Source of the DNA: Somniosus microcephalus
Lineage: Eukaryota
Reading direction: 5' to 3'
DNA length: 64,000 nucleotides
Assembly: GCA_052327205.1 (NCBI GenBank)
Contig: CM126204.1
Coordinates: 322,462,001 to 322,526,000, forward strand
The notes beneath the pieces are model-generated. The model did no database searches and was not told where the DNA came from. It saw nothing but the letters and a program-made list of their open reading frames with translations. Below are positions 13,371 through 26,991 of this stretch, piece by piece (position 1 is the first letter of the stretch; the number at the start of each line of letters is the position of its first letter). Position numbers and translations under genes: made by a program.

Positions 13371-15193
13371 TTTAATGTAAACTATGGTCGTACAGCAAAT
13401 TCTGCTTTGATTTAACATTAGATCGTGGTTCATCAGCACAAAATCTGTTGTATAGCTGGACCTAGATGGAAGTAGTATGTGGGGGTGGGAGGGTGGTTGG
13501 ACATTTCCTTCTGTAGCACTGATTATCCATGGAAATGTTAATGTTTGGGGACTCTTGTTCTCATGACCAGTGATAGTGTCCTTCCAGAAGTGAGGGAGGG
13601 GGAAATAACCAAAATAAAATAAAACAGAACTGCAAAATTTTAGAAAGAGATTCTCAAAGGGTTGAATACTTGAATCAGATAGATTCTGAAAATTCAATAT
13701 AGTTATGAGGAAACTAGTTGAGGAATCTTTTTACAGCTTTAACATAACTGCTTGTAAGTTTTAACAAATTTATTAGATTTAACTAATAGATTAATATTTT
13801 TAATCAATTATTACATAAATTTGACCATTAATCTTTTTGTTAAATCTGATATTCTTGGGGAAACTGGTTCCTGACTGAAACATACACATTTTGTCCTTGG
13901 AATGAAACCGAAGGGAATTGCCTTAATCGCCATTCCATTGACAGATTTGTTAATTTGACAATACAGTGGAATCTGAATAAATGCAAACCTGGTTTAAACA
14001 GAATTCTGTAACCAGTATAATATTTCAATGCCATTTCCACTTGCTCCCATTATAGAGTAAATGATCTTAGCATATTATTTCTTGGCAAATTCTGTTGAGC
14101 TGCACTAAGTAAATGAGTCCAAAGTTGCAACTGCAAAACGTATTTACAATAGAAGCTGATTATAATTGCTGCCCAATTTTTTGGTCAGTGAAATACTTCT
14201 GATCATTATGTAATTTACTAATTTAGTATTAGCAGGTAACCACAGTGGCAACTCTCCATTTGTGAGGGAAGATATTTGTAAATGTATGCTTGAATGTTAT
14301 GTACAGTTGGCTTGCTCTTAATGTAGGACAGTTCTTTGCAGCACATCTTTTTTTGCACCATCTGATTGCCATTGCATACTAACTGACTTTACATTAATGG
14401 AAACGGTCTTATAAATGAGACCTTTTTATTCCCAACACGATTCCAATTAACAATCATCTTCTGTTATGTTTGTTTTCCTGTGAGTCACGCCCCATATCTC
14501 CAGCTAACAGTGTGAGCTGGTGATCTGCTCCCTGGCCTCAGTAAAAGCCATTGTATAACTGGCCACTACAAGTGGGCACCTCGCCCACCAGGTTCACTTG
14601 CAGTGTAATTTTTATTATTTTTCTACCTCTTTCTGGGAAAGTATGTCTCTTTGAAAGCCTGAGATGAGAAACTATGCTGTATGGTGGAACCACCAAGAAA
14701 AATTCATATCCTGTCACTTCATGGTGCTAAGGCCCATCTTGTTTTCCAAATAATGAAATCATGCAGGACTATATGGTCCAGTCTATCATTTCCAAGTAGG
14801 CAAAGGTCATGAAATAAAAACTTTCCAGGGGAAAAATATTAATTGAAGCAGTGTAGTGAGTGATCTTTTTGACTGTTTAAGGTGTCAGCAGATGTTATAC
14901 TCTAGATGAAATGCAAACAAGCTCATGATAACCATCATGCATCCCAGATGAATCGACACTTGAATTGAGATTTCTTTTAATTGTCATTTAAGTCCACAGT
15001 CACTTTCTCACCTTCATCGTTTGATCCACACTGGCAGTCCAATTAGTGCATATATCTCTTGTTCAACATGTTTTACTTTATGACCTCAAGCTTCTAGCTG
15101 CTATCTGAATTTCAAGAGTTAATCTGGAGATGTCCCTGACCATGCAAATGGTTTGATTCATGCTTCCTTACATCATGATTTTTGTTTCCACAG

Positions 15194-15253
15194 AGGAAGC
15201 GAAGAGAATCTGCGTCAAGCTGTTCTTCAGTAAAGAAATTGAAGAAGCCCTGA
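15194..15253 (+). CDS. DMAP1: DMAP1 last coding exon
   Basis: tttgtttccacag|AGG AAG CGA...CCC TGA = RKRRESASSCSSVKKLKKP*, matching the human C-terminus RKRRESASSSSSVKKAKKP; this frame is absent from the ORF track. Confidence 0.96.
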   Translation, partial: RKRRESASSCSSVKKLKKP

Positions 15254-15766
15254 ACTGGTTTGAAAGGCTAGGATGTGGACAAAATGTGGTTAAACGGATC
15301 TTTCACCACATAGCAGTTATGCTCCTGAATTTATTCAGAAACGACCACCAAAACTCCAGGAAATCGGGAGTAGCGAACACTGTTGATAAATTATCCGGCA
15401 GTGGTTAGGAAGTAACAAATACTGTGTCCATGACATCAGGAAAAAAAATTGCTAAGCCATTTCCTGTAGAAGTTCTATCAATACCCCAACTCACCCAGAA
15501 CTTCATTAATGAGGAACATTTATTTCTGAAATGGATCACAGTGCTTTTAATATTTGTATAATTATGTTTTCTTTGTAGGGTTTCGTTCTATTTGGTACAG
15601 GACAGTGAAACGATCATTGAGTGAAGACCACTCGCATGACTTTTTTTTTACAATTTTTTCACCTTGATGAAGGAAAAGGCTGCGAATATATGCAGTATCC
15701 ATTTACTAGGAACAGTGTTCAAAAGAAATTGCAAACATTTATTGTAGCGCAGAAAATAACAAGAAG

Positions 15767-15772
15767 AATAAA
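15767..15772 (+). terminator. Probable DMAP1 polyadenylation signal
   Basis: AATAAA about 510 nt after the stop, followed by a T/GT-rich tract (ggatttttttttaattgtttgtggt). Confidence 0.65.
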
Positions 15773-16577
15773 GGATTTTTTTTTAATTGTTTGTGGTATC
15801 ACACCATTATTTGAAGTTGGTGCTAGAATTCCCTGTTGGCTCTAAACAAATGTTTACATATCTAATACTGGAAGGGATGCCACATACATCTTGTGCACTT
15901 ACTGTATGTAGTGTAACACTTCCTGTAACAGTTTTGTCACGTTTATAATAGCAGTCTGTCTTGGGTCACTTTATCTGTCACTACTTTCGTCATACTTTTC
16001 TGTTTTTCATTGATGTTACTTAACTCTTCCATGCTTGGTCTCGAAGGTAGGTGAGGCTGTTGCCTCCCAGGTTTGTTTCCAGAATAGGTGGCAGTGTAGT
16101 GACCAATTTCCGGCTACTACACCTGTTAAAGTAAGTTTATTTTTTATGTCTATATGTTTACATTTTATAAGTAAATATTTTATTATTAATGGGACTCCTG
16201 TGTTGTTCCACCATTTCTCAGACCACCACCCCTCTCCCCTTACCCCGTTGGTTCCCGTGACCACGCTGACATTTGCCAACTATTCCTGGACTTGGTCCTC
16301 TTCTTCCTCTCCCATTTATCACTTGTTCCTGGGCCTATCCCTCGGGCTTTTGCTTGCATCTTGCTCTCTTTCCTGGTCAAGTGCCATCTCTTTGGTGGTT
16401 TCCTGGGAAACCACCACCATATTTAAAAGCACATGTTGTGCTTACAGTATATTTTCATCTGCTTGGGAGAAAAGGAAAGTGGGGCAGGAGTGGAAATGAA
16501 GCAACTGTTGGGATAAGGAGGGGATTGGGAAAATGGAGAGATGAGAAAAATGTAAATAAATGAGGGTGGAAGAGGAC

Positions 16578-16897
16578 ATGCTGAGAGGTTGTTTCCCCTG
16601 GCTGGAGAGTCTAGAACTAGGGGTCATAGTCTCAGGATAAGGGGTTGGCCATTTAAGACTGAGATGAGGAGGAATTTCTTCAGAGGTTTGTGAATCTTTG
16701 GAATTCTCTACCCCAAAGGGCTGTGGATGCCGAGTCGTTGAGTATATGCAATGCTGAAATAGATACATTTTTGGATTCATGGGGAATCGAGGGATATGGG
16801 GATCGGGCAGGAACGTGGAGCTGAGGTCAAAGATCAGCCATAGCGGAGTGGGCTCACCGGGCCATATGGCCTACTCCTGCTCCTAATTATGTTCTTA
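16578..16897 (+). mobile_element. CR1 3' fragment
   Basis: gagtctagaactaggggtcatagtctcaggataagggg...gagatgaggaggaatttcttc...ggcctactcctgctcct. Confidence 0.9.
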
Positions 16898-18707
16898 GGA
16901 TGGTAAGGGGAAATTTGAGAGGAAAAAATGAAGGGGAGGAGATGGTGAGTAGGTGGGGCTCAGGCAGGGTGCCGGCTGACCTTGCCCTGTCCTCATGTCC
17001 TCCAAAAAACTGGAATATTGTGCTTGGCTCAGTGGGGCAGTTTCTGAGGCCTGGCAGTATTGGCGCTGGCCCAGCCCCAGGATCTGTCAGCACAGAGGAG
17101 CTGGACACCCAATAGCAGGACCCCATCCCCAACACCCTGTTCCCCTCAATCATATGTATTCCCCGCCAATACCTCGACATCCCAGACCCTCCGTATTTTC
17201 ATATCCCACAATCTCTACATAAATTCTTCCCATCATTTACTCTACTTTTCCACGTGTCTCTTCATTTTTGACCAGTATTGCCTTTATTCAAAATATCTAA
17301 ACTATACCAGCAAAATAATACCATCTCCATTACAGTATATACTCTTTGCTTTATCAAATAATACATTATGTACAAATAGGCACACAATCATGGAATTCAA
17401 GCCTGAAAATATTACTCCCAATGCTATAATTCTCTGTAATAAAAATGCAGTTTAAGTTATTCAATCAAGCTAAATCAGTGCTCATCATAATATATTGTAT
17501 GTTACATGTGGGATAAAACAGCATGTCCTCTGACTCAGTGAGAGCACGCCAAGAGATCTGCTTGTTTATTGTAAAAAAAAAAGTGATGTCCACAGACAAC
17601 TGTAACAAGAACAGATTTTTCGTGAAATTGACTTTGATGGAGTATAAAAGAAACTAAGTGTATGCACCAAGAATCCCGATTCGACAAGTATTGGTTAACT
17701 GTGTCTTTAAATTTATACGTACAATGAACACAGTTCCAGGCAATGACATTAGAGCCTGGGCAGGAGTTCCACAGGTAGGAAAAATAATGTGTTAACCTTT
17801 GCTGCTGGCAATCTTTGTAGACAATGTTAAGATCCAGCTGCTGCAGCTCATGTTCCTGGTGTAAACCTGGAGGCCTCGATTAAAAGTTAGCAACTGTGGA
17901 GCCGCTCCAATCATTACCTGCGAGTCGGATTTCTATTTTTATGGAATTTGCCCGAGTGTCTTTTCACTTGCCAAAAACTTATGTCATGTTAAGAAGAATA
18001 TTCTAATAAGTAATAAATATGGAAGAGATGCAACTGTTAAATAAAGGATCAGATGCAGCAAAGGGGCAGACAAAATATTGAAGGGTTGGTGATAGAAGAA
18101 CCAACACAGTTAATCTTAAATGTGATTTTTGGCTTGGTGAAACTCGCTTTCTGGTTATTTGAGTTATTTTATCTGTGTCCATGTTGCTTGTAGCCTTGCT
18201 AAATCTTTAGTTAATGTTTTATTTTGGGTAAATGATATATTCTAGCAAGAATTCACTTCAAGGAATCTCGTCCCTATTCTCTCCTCTTTCCTCCCTCCCC
18301 CCCCCCCCCCCCCCCGAGTTTGGATTTTTTTGTAATTTTATTAAATGTTTATAGTTACATACCTTTGTTCATATGTTGCTGCTCTCACCCACATGTTAAT
18401 GACTATGTTGTCTCTGTCCCGACACCTTACTGTTCACCAGAGGAGCTGGGGCGGAGTGTTGGCAGCAGAAGAATGACACGGAGCTGGATTTACCTGAGCT
18501 CTGCCAATTGAACATTGTGCTGCTCTGATTTTTAGTGTGTTGTAAATGATTTCTTGCCAGATTGTTTTTGCCCCAAATTAGTGTTGTTTTGCATTAAGAT
18601 TTTACGTGGCTATTGCAGTTTTATTTTCCTGCTTTGTAAACAAATAATTACATTCTAAATTCCACAGCTGCTAATTTTGTGTTTGTAGTGGGAAATTGCG
18701 AGTCTTG

Positions 18708-18721
18708 CCACTAGAAGGCAC
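18708..18721 (+). promoter_or_regulatory. CTCF-like motif in unique sequence between DMAP1 and ERI3
   Basis: CCACTAGAAGGCAC, one mismatch to CCASYAGRKGGCRS. Confidence 0.4.
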
Positions 18722-20237
18722 TATAGTATAGGAGCTTTCATACGCTGCATATTATAGTAATATTTGCAATTGGGAATCAGTGACTTGATTGGCTGATTAT
18801 GGTGTTTTAATTTTATAATTATGCCTGAAGGTTTTAAAATCTTTGGATGCATAGTTTAAATTTTACTGTCAAGATTATTTAATCCAACTGCTACCAATGG
18901 ACTGCTGGTTATGCTGTGATTTTCGTCCATCCTATTCCTCACACTTCTTCAGCTTGTGACATCAATCTGTTAGAACATACAGAAAGAACAACAATTGTGC
19001 CAATAACATTTTAGGAATTCTTTCAGGATTTTGAATGTTTCAACGCTGGCTTTCAATAAGGGATAGATTAGCTGTTGGACACAGATTTACTTTAGTAGAA
19101 TGGATTTGGATTTCCCCAATTATCAAGACAAGCCAACCTGCAGACATGCAAAATTATCTGGGATTCCACAATGCAAATTGTCAATTTAAACTTTGAATAG
19201 CTTGCCTTACATAGCTTTGTTTCTGCTTTTATGAAGATGACCTTGAAAATTTTGTATGCCACCAAGCTGTTATGAAGAATCTTCATCTTGTATGATAACC
19301 TGGTTTAAACTGTGTACAGTAATTGGCATAAAACTGGCTCCTGTCATACACTTGATTTCAAATTAACATTTGTCATTGCAATTGTTTTACTCTAATGTCC
19401 CCAGTGAAATCACTAATATTTATAAGTAAGATTTGCTCTCGAGGACTTCCTCTGCAATCTCGAAGGTGCATTAGGGATATTCCAACCCGCCAAAACTTCT
19501 CCTTTTGCCTTGATGCTGATTTTCCTCTCCTTGTAATCCCTGAATCAATTGGAGGCACAATCAGTGTAATCTCCGTGTGGGCATTGGTCCCCTAAACTCA
19601 ATTTTACACTTTTTACAATTAGCAAATCATTAAATCTATCAACAAAAATATAAATTTTATGGCTTAAATTCTGGAAATTAGAACATAAAAAATCTCCTTG
19701 TCTGACTTATCAAAGCCTACTAAAGGGTCAAAATGCATTTTAAGCTTTACTAAGGATCTAGGAATTTTGGTATTTTGCTAAAGTGTGATTTGTGTTGCGT
19801 CCCCTGTCTCTTTTCTTCCTTCCCACCCCCCAAAAATGAACTGACCCTGTAAAATTGGAAGCAGTCAGCATTCTGCAGTAACTTAGCTTTATACAAGCAA
19901 CTAAACATTTAAGCCTACAGTTATGCTGGACTCTGATTACAAAGAAAAGCAGGTTATTTTCAACTCCATAGCTCTACAATTGTGCCTTGGGCAATTTCAG
20001 GGATGCACTGGGTACAGATACACCCACACTAGCAGTGGGGAGAGCTGGGCTTGTAAGAAATTGCAAGACTAGCCTGATTTATAATGGGCTTAATTATAAT
20101 AGGCTTCCAGCGCCTGGAAAACAAGTACTGGCATCTGATTGACTGGGGACGATAAGGGTTTTTGGTGAGGTTGCAGCTATTAAAGTATTGCTGCCTAATT
20201 TTATGTACTAAATATCTGAATTTTGATAGAATCTGCA

Positions 20238-20460
20238 ATGAAGCCAAGGAACAATAGGGAGAGGACTTTTTAGCAGGAAGCATTGGCGATGCTAATGCAG
20301 GATGTGCAGCAAAGCAAGGTAGTGCTTTTTGCAGTGGAAAGCCACTCTTGAGTAAAAGCAGAGGTGAAAGCTGCATGGATACAGGTAGCAGAGAGTGAAT
20401 GGAGTCTCAGGTCCATGGAACCTGAATCCGAATAAGTTCAAAGGAATCGGGATTTTCAAA
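20238..20460 (+). pseudogene. Decayed Myb/SANT-like (trihelix) gene of a Harbinger transposon
   Basis: MKPRNNRERTF*QEALAMLMQDVQQSKVVLF...KAAWIQVAE, frameshift, then VNGVSGPWNLNPNKFKG; fits the F..E.L..L...V.....LF / AW..VA..VN pattern; followed by a gtaagt donor at 20461 and a ttgcag acceptor near 20586. Confidence 0.65.
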
Positions 20461-21105
20461 GTAAGTGCATATGCTTTCATAACATTCAGACATAATATGC
20501 ATGACACAAACCAAAATTACATTCCAACAGTCCTGGAAGTACTATGCAAAACATCCAAATAAACCTTTCCCCCTTTATAATTGCAGTAAAGCTGCAAGAC
20601 ACAATTATTGAATTGTACATAACTAACTTACACCGACACATCTAAATATTGAAAGGTCTGCTCTGAACTGGCACCAGATCCTGTTGTACAAGGAGTGGCT
20701 GTTATCTGGCCACAAAGTGTTCTGCCAGTTTCTAATAGCTGAATGTCTTGTTTGTACTTCCAAGAAAAGGCTGCTCGCAACCACTGGGAATGAACGCATA
20801 GGCTGAGGGCCATCACAATTGAAGCAGCTGACCAAATATTAGGAGGTGGCTGCTGACTTATTTGGACCTATGTCAGAGGAAGGGCTAGGGCACTGAGGCA
20901 TGCATTGCACAACAGTTGCATGCACACAATATATTATACCTGTTACAAGTCCGTCTGCACAAAACTACAGTAAAACATCTTCCCTTTCTCTCTCTAACAT
21001 GACGTGGAACCAGCTCGTGGCAAATACATAACAGCAGCTTGTGTCTTGCACTCTTCCTGTCACAATTACTTTTACCAATCCAAACACCTGGGAGTATTTA
21101 AATAA

Positions 21106-21492
21106 TTATCTCCTTAGAGCAGAGAAGGTTGAGAACAGATTTGATAGGTGTTCAAAATCATGAGGGTTCTAGACAAAGTAGCTAGAGAGAAACTTACCAT
21201 TGGCGGAAGGGTCGAGAACCAGAGGATACAGATTTAAAGTGAAGAACCAAAGGCGACATGAGGAAAAACCTTTTTACGCGAGTGGTTAGGATCTGGAATG
21301 CACTGAGAGGGTGGTGGAGGCAGATTAAATCGTGGCTTTCAAAAGCAAATTAGATAAGTACCTGAAGGAAAAAATTTTGCAGGGCTACAGGGAAAGGGTG
21401 AGGGAGTGGGACTAACTGAAGTGCTCTTGCAGAGAGCTGGCATAGGCTTGATGGGCTGAATGGCCTCTTTCTGTGCTGTAACCATTCTATGA
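21106..21492 (+). mobile_element. CR1 3' fragment
   Basis: tccttagagcagagaaggttgag...gtgttcaaaatcatgagg...gggctgaatggcctc...gtgctgtaaccattctatga. Confidence 0.9.
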
Positions 21493-23380
21493 AATAGTGA
21501 CTTTGGAGGAAGTACAGATCACCAATGAGGAGCAAGTGGAGGTGGCAGCAATCTGAGCCATTCCTCTGCTGCTTGGGCAAGTGATCAGTGTGCTACTGAA
21601 CCTGTCTTCAGAGAGTAGATCAAGGACTAAAGGGCTTCATTACATCCCACAAGGGTTGGCAACAAAAGTCAAGTGCACCTTTGACCTTTCCACAGCATGC
21701 ATGAAGCATTTTCACAACTGCAGTACACCAAGGACGAAGCACAAACAGTTTATTATCACAAATGCTGTGACGGGCTATGAAAACCTCAGGGTCCAACTTA
21801 TGGAGTCTGTCATTGTTAGATTTGACAGACTGAGGGATTGGCCCTCAGCCCCTCTGAACTTCCTCTCAAGGTAACTGCACTGCAGCAAAAATTATGTTTT
21901 TTTCCAGCAGTTGGCTTTGTATGAATTACTTTATGTACCATGACAAAATTAAAGAAGTTAAAAACTAACTGCATTCACAATAATATTCCAGCTCATTTCT
22001 TATGGATTTTGTTGCAACATTTGGTCATTTTTGCCTATAGACGGCTGTCCGATGGAGGGGCCCAGCCATTCGATTTGTAGAAATGTTCTGTGTGATTTGT
22101 TCAAATACATTTTTGATTGTCGGCTGCTTTTGAGTCCAACAATTATTCGCAATCTGCTTGGTCCTGGTCTGAAGGTATTTATCAGATGGCCTCTTTGAAA
22201 TCGGTGATTGGAGCAATCAAGGAGAATCTGCTGAGATAGTGAGGCCAAGTAACTTCCATAAAGGGTGAGAGAAAGAAAAATTACTTGGTGTAGCATGGTA
22301 GTTGCAAACTATTATTTTTCTAGTACAATGAGGAGCTGGCTTAGCTTAACACTATACATATATTGTATTACTGCTATTTGCTTATTCTGTTACTGTTTAA
22401 TACATTTTGTTAGTTAAAGTCTAAAATTAGATCTTGTGTAGGCATAGGATAATCCAAAAAAAGGGCTCACTGTTCATACAGGGGCATGCTGTGGATTTTA
22501 CCTAGATGGTAGCTAGTGGGAACATTCTCTGGGACATGGGGAGCTAAGACTCACCTATGAGAGTAGTCTGAAACATGGAAGCTAAAAATATTACGAGTAA
22601 ATAAGGTAAAAGAAACCCAAAAACTTAATATACGCATCTGACCAGCCCATTCTACCCGCTCAAAGGACTGAATATCGGGCAAGTAATAGCAGCTGCTGTG
22701 GAGTGGGTCTGCCATGACGCATCCTTTGCATAGTGGGAATATCTCTCATGAATGCTCACATGGCATAGTGGCCTTAGGCTCCCATGTCTGGCTCCAGCAT
22801 GCTGAGGGATCTGGCGTAGAGAGTCATTATGCAAGGCTTAACAAAGTTGATTGGTGTCCAGCGATCTACTCCCAGACTGATCAGTATGAGATACTGAGGG
22901 AGTGTACAGTAGCAGGGTTTTGCTGGAGTAGGCATGGATGAAGCCGATTCCTGTCTGGGCAATATCGCATCAAGCTCATCCAGCCACACCCATTCCTCCC
23001 AAATGACAAAAGATATGCTGAGAAACAGGCAGGAACAGCCAGCCACCATAACATTGTACGTGGTGATACCAGCTGTCGCGTCAACTCCTGTCTCAGCACA
23101 AGGAGGTACAGGGCTACCTCAACTGCAAGAGGCTATCTGTGATACCATCTCACTTACTCCTGCCTCTGGGGAAGCACCTAGGAGGAGGACTAGGTGAGGT
23201 TAGAGAAGACACATGTACACTCACCAAGCATTGAAATGAAATACACCATGGAATATACACAACACTTATGCTAAATTTGATTGCACATTATTTCAACTTT
23301 GTCCAAAGCGTTTTCTTCTGCCATGCAGAATAAGGTAGCAGCAGATCAAGGGATGGGCATCCATGGTAGCTACTTGCATC

Positions 23381-23576
23381 TTCTTCTTCTTAGGCAGAAC
23401 CGAGGATGACTTGCTTCCACATTAAAAATTAGTTCTCAGGTGACTGATGAGTCCAATGCGGGACCTACAGTCTCTGTTGAGTCTCTTCGCCGGGAGCAAG
23501 TGGAAGCCAAGTGCAAGGAGCGCACGTCAACCTAAGCACCCCACCCACCCGCCCCTTCAACCACCCTTTGCCCCAC
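23381..23576 (-). mobile_element. RTE-clade LINE 3' end with inverted 5' segment
   Basis: Minus strand RDCRSRIGLISHLRT (C2H2 tail), gtggaagcaagtcatcctcgg and an (aag)n tail; imperfect TSD ctacttgcatc / ctactcgcacc. Confidence 0.75.
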
Positions 23577-24129
23577 CTACTCGCACCACGCCAAGAATGG
23601 CCACCATGCTACAAATTGCAGAAACCTGTCTTCCCAAGTATTTTTTTTCTCTTAAGCTGATTCCCCACCATTCTTTCCTCTAGTATTCTAGGGAAGATTC
23701 AATGGCCCCGCACACTTGGAGAGAAGACCTGCAACTGGCACAAAGGGAGTGCAGAATTGGTAGAACAGGCCATGCAACAATTTCTTACTGGACTGCAATT
23801 TAGGGGCTTCTGCATTTAGTGTTTATTTCATGACTTGGGTTCATTAAGTTCCCAAATTTCATACACAAATATTTAAATGGCAATTTCTTCAGAATTCAGC
23901 ATTATTTATGCACACCCATTTGGAATGGGAGCAAAGGAAGCACCATGGATGAAGGAACTCTTAAATTGCCAAAGGCTTTCTATGACTTTTTTTTCAATGT
24001 TTACAGTATACTTTTAGCACAGTTTGAGATTTTTTCTGTATTTCTAACTTACTTGTGGAAAAAATTTGGTGGTAATATTATCTCAAGATATGTTGTATCT
24101 AAGCTGTTTATAAAAAAAAACAATATTTC

Positions 24130-24670
24130 ATGGTGGAGGTGGTACGATGAAAGATAGCATACTAGGGACATCAGCAGGCACGAGACCATTATCTGTAGCA
24201 CTTGGCACCCCCTACCCCAATTGAGGAGAACTGCATCAACTTGCTGCAGGTCAGCAGGGCAGAGCTTTGCAAGGACCTGCAACCAACTGGAAACATGGGG
24301 CAGCACTGCCTTCCACTGTTATGCCTATAGCTTATTCCTTAGCTAGCATTGAAATATCAGTTAATGTGCTGCCTGGATATGGATCAACAAGTGACGGATG
24401 CATCAATCAGCATGCAGTTTCATCTCCTTTCCCAACAAATAGTATTACATAGCTGTTTGCTGTATTTGTGTGTGTATATAGAAGCAGGTTGGCGTCACTG
24501 CACAGATGCATTTCCCAACATACCAGGGATCCTTGTTGACTGCTGTGTGCCGAGCCTGAAGCCCATCTGGCTGTCGGTAACTGACCAGGTTTGTGTGGGA
24601 AGCCCATGGAAAATGCGAGTGTGGCAAAGTTTTCAATTGACTGTGCCCCGCTGAAGTATGGGTATGCATG
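24130..24670 (-). pseudogene. Possible heavily decayed Harbinger (HARBI1-like) transposase
   Basis: Minus-strand scraps in the expected order: RWASGS (cf. FYATGS), VGKCICAVT (cf. VSRCI..VT), VDPYPGST (cf. ARYPGSxHD); weak, many disruptions. Confidence 0.4.
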
Positions 24671-26991
24671 GGGCTTCCTTCATCTTGTGTCTTGCGTAAG
24701 GCTTAAGTTGTGTACAGACTGTGTGATAATGATATTCATAAGCTAGCTTTGCAGCATCTGGTGAGGCCAGCTCATCATTCATTGCTCTGCTGGCGCATGA
24801 TCTGCGCCTTGTGCTTTTTAGCCAGGATTGCTGAATCGGCCCTTATCTGCCAGCTTTGCTTAGAAACATGTGAACATTCAGGATTATGACAGAGTGCTGG
24901 TGATATTGCAAATTCATTCATAAATCTTTCAGTTGCAAAATTGAGTAATAAGTGATTATTTTAGCTTGGTCTCCCTATGACCTTCATCACTCCGTGAAAG
25001 AAAGTTGTCTTTTACAATCGGACATTCATTTTGCTTTTCCCTTTGTATGAAAAAGTGAAACAGTTTACATTTTCTTCACACATATGTAGCCTTTTCCTCC
25101 ATTTACAGAAAAGGTGTTGGCCTTGAAATTCCTGGGGACCCACTCCGCCACACTATACTCATCTCAAAACCATTGACCCCATCCCAAATCGCAGGGACCA
25201 GGTTGTTTGCACGACCAGGGTGGCTGCATGGCAACTGCCATCAAACATCCTTGGAAAATGACCCGCAGCCAATCTGTGTGGGGTGCCCTTCTGGGCCGAA
25301 GACAAAACTCTTTTTTTAAAAACAACTCTTCTGCAACCAGCAGAGCCATTGTCCCTGCCAATTAAAGGTAATTGATCCCCTCCAGGATCTAGTAAAGGTT
25401 AATCTAGTAACAGTTTGTGGCCTTTCTAAAGGCCAAGGCAGTTGTTACCACTACGGCTTCAAAAAGATTATTTCTATAGAATAGACCCACATTTTAATGG
25501 GCCATGTCAGTGAACTGCTGAAACATAACTGCTACTGCTTTGCTCATTCCACAGCTGGCTTAATGGTATTTATACTAGTTAAGTCACTGTCACGCCACTT
25601 GAGAAGTGAGAAATGAGAAGTATTACAGATGTGTCATAATTGGCCAGGTTTCTAGTGCTACCTTAATAGAAGTGTGTTTCATAAAATTATCCAGCTAAAA
25701 ACTGAGGTGAAACGCCATTTTAGATTGTACCCATTTTATTCAACAACAAAAAATGGGGAGCGTAATATCTTCGTTTCCAAAAACAGAACACATTACCCTG
25801 GGTTTTAGTCTTCCCCAAAATGACATTTCTCTGCACAATTAAGTTTAATGACATTTATTTAATGCTACACGAGCTGCCCCAAATCTACCAGTTAGTTGAC
25901 CCCATTGCTGCTGCCAACTGGCTGCAGTACAATTGCAGTCCATGTAGTCAGCCAAATTGGTGCAGGAAAACATTTTGTCAGCTGTTATTGAAAAGCCCAG
26001 AGAAGGAAAATAAACTGTACATCACAGTCATGTGTATGCCAAAGGACACAAACTCAATAGTGATAGCGATGTTGGTGTTCTAACATTTCACTCTATCTTT
26101 TCCAAATAAAGAAAACTGTAAAGTACAACACTGGATTATGTTGCCGTGAAACAACTGGACTCACTGAAAGGGCCGAGACCCAAGCATTGTTTTTTTTTCC
26201 TCCAGTATACTTTTAAAACCATAGAGGGGAACATAAAACTATCTGAGCAAAATAGTTGAGATCAGTCAGCTACTAGTGACCTCCATGACAAATTGCCCTC
26301 TTCTGCTGTGCAGGTTGTGAAGATAAGTTTACAGCTCCAGTAGAACACACAAGTTCACAATAATGTAACTTTAAGAAGAACAGAGTAAGGTTTTAACTAA
26401 AAGCAATGATAACTAATTAACAACTGCTTCAGCAGGCTGAATATCAGAGAAGCTGTATATTGTGCCTATTATCCCATGGGTATCCCTATTATTAACCATT
26501 ACAGATGATGCAGTGCTATTTTTACACTGAGAAAATAATGTTTATGCATTTTATTACCATCCTACCTGTCATCTTACCTTACCCAAGTGTGCAATAAATA
26601 ATGCTAAGTAAACTTTGCAGTATATTCACAAAGCTCATTAGCTTCATTATTGTTTGTAAATTATTTGTTCAGAGTTGCACCTTCTTGGAGCCAACATCTT
26701 GTATTCGAACAAGACTGCTTTAGGGCAGGTCTGCAGTCACTGCTGTGGTCTGAATGTGTTCTGTTACAATCACAGTCTCTAACACTGTCAGGTAAACCAT
26801 TTGAAGCTTTTAACACTAAGTGGGGACCTATTTTGTTGCACAATTATGGACATACAGACAGGATCATTGTACTGGCAAGTAAATGATATAGAAATAATAT
26901 TAAAGGTTTGCAAATTGTTTCAACAACTTCTAAAACCACTTACAGTACTGGAAGAATACTGTTCAACACTGCTGTTGGCCTTTTTAAAAAC

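Noticed and set aside
15160-15408. 82-aa ORF in the track
   Set aside because: Wrong frame over the DMAP1 last exon; the true frame is RKRRES...KKP*.
16035-16499. 154-aa hydrophobic ORF suggesting a membrane protein
   Set aside because: Pyrimidine-rich low-complexity sequence just past the DMAP1 polyA signal; non-ATG start; no family motif.
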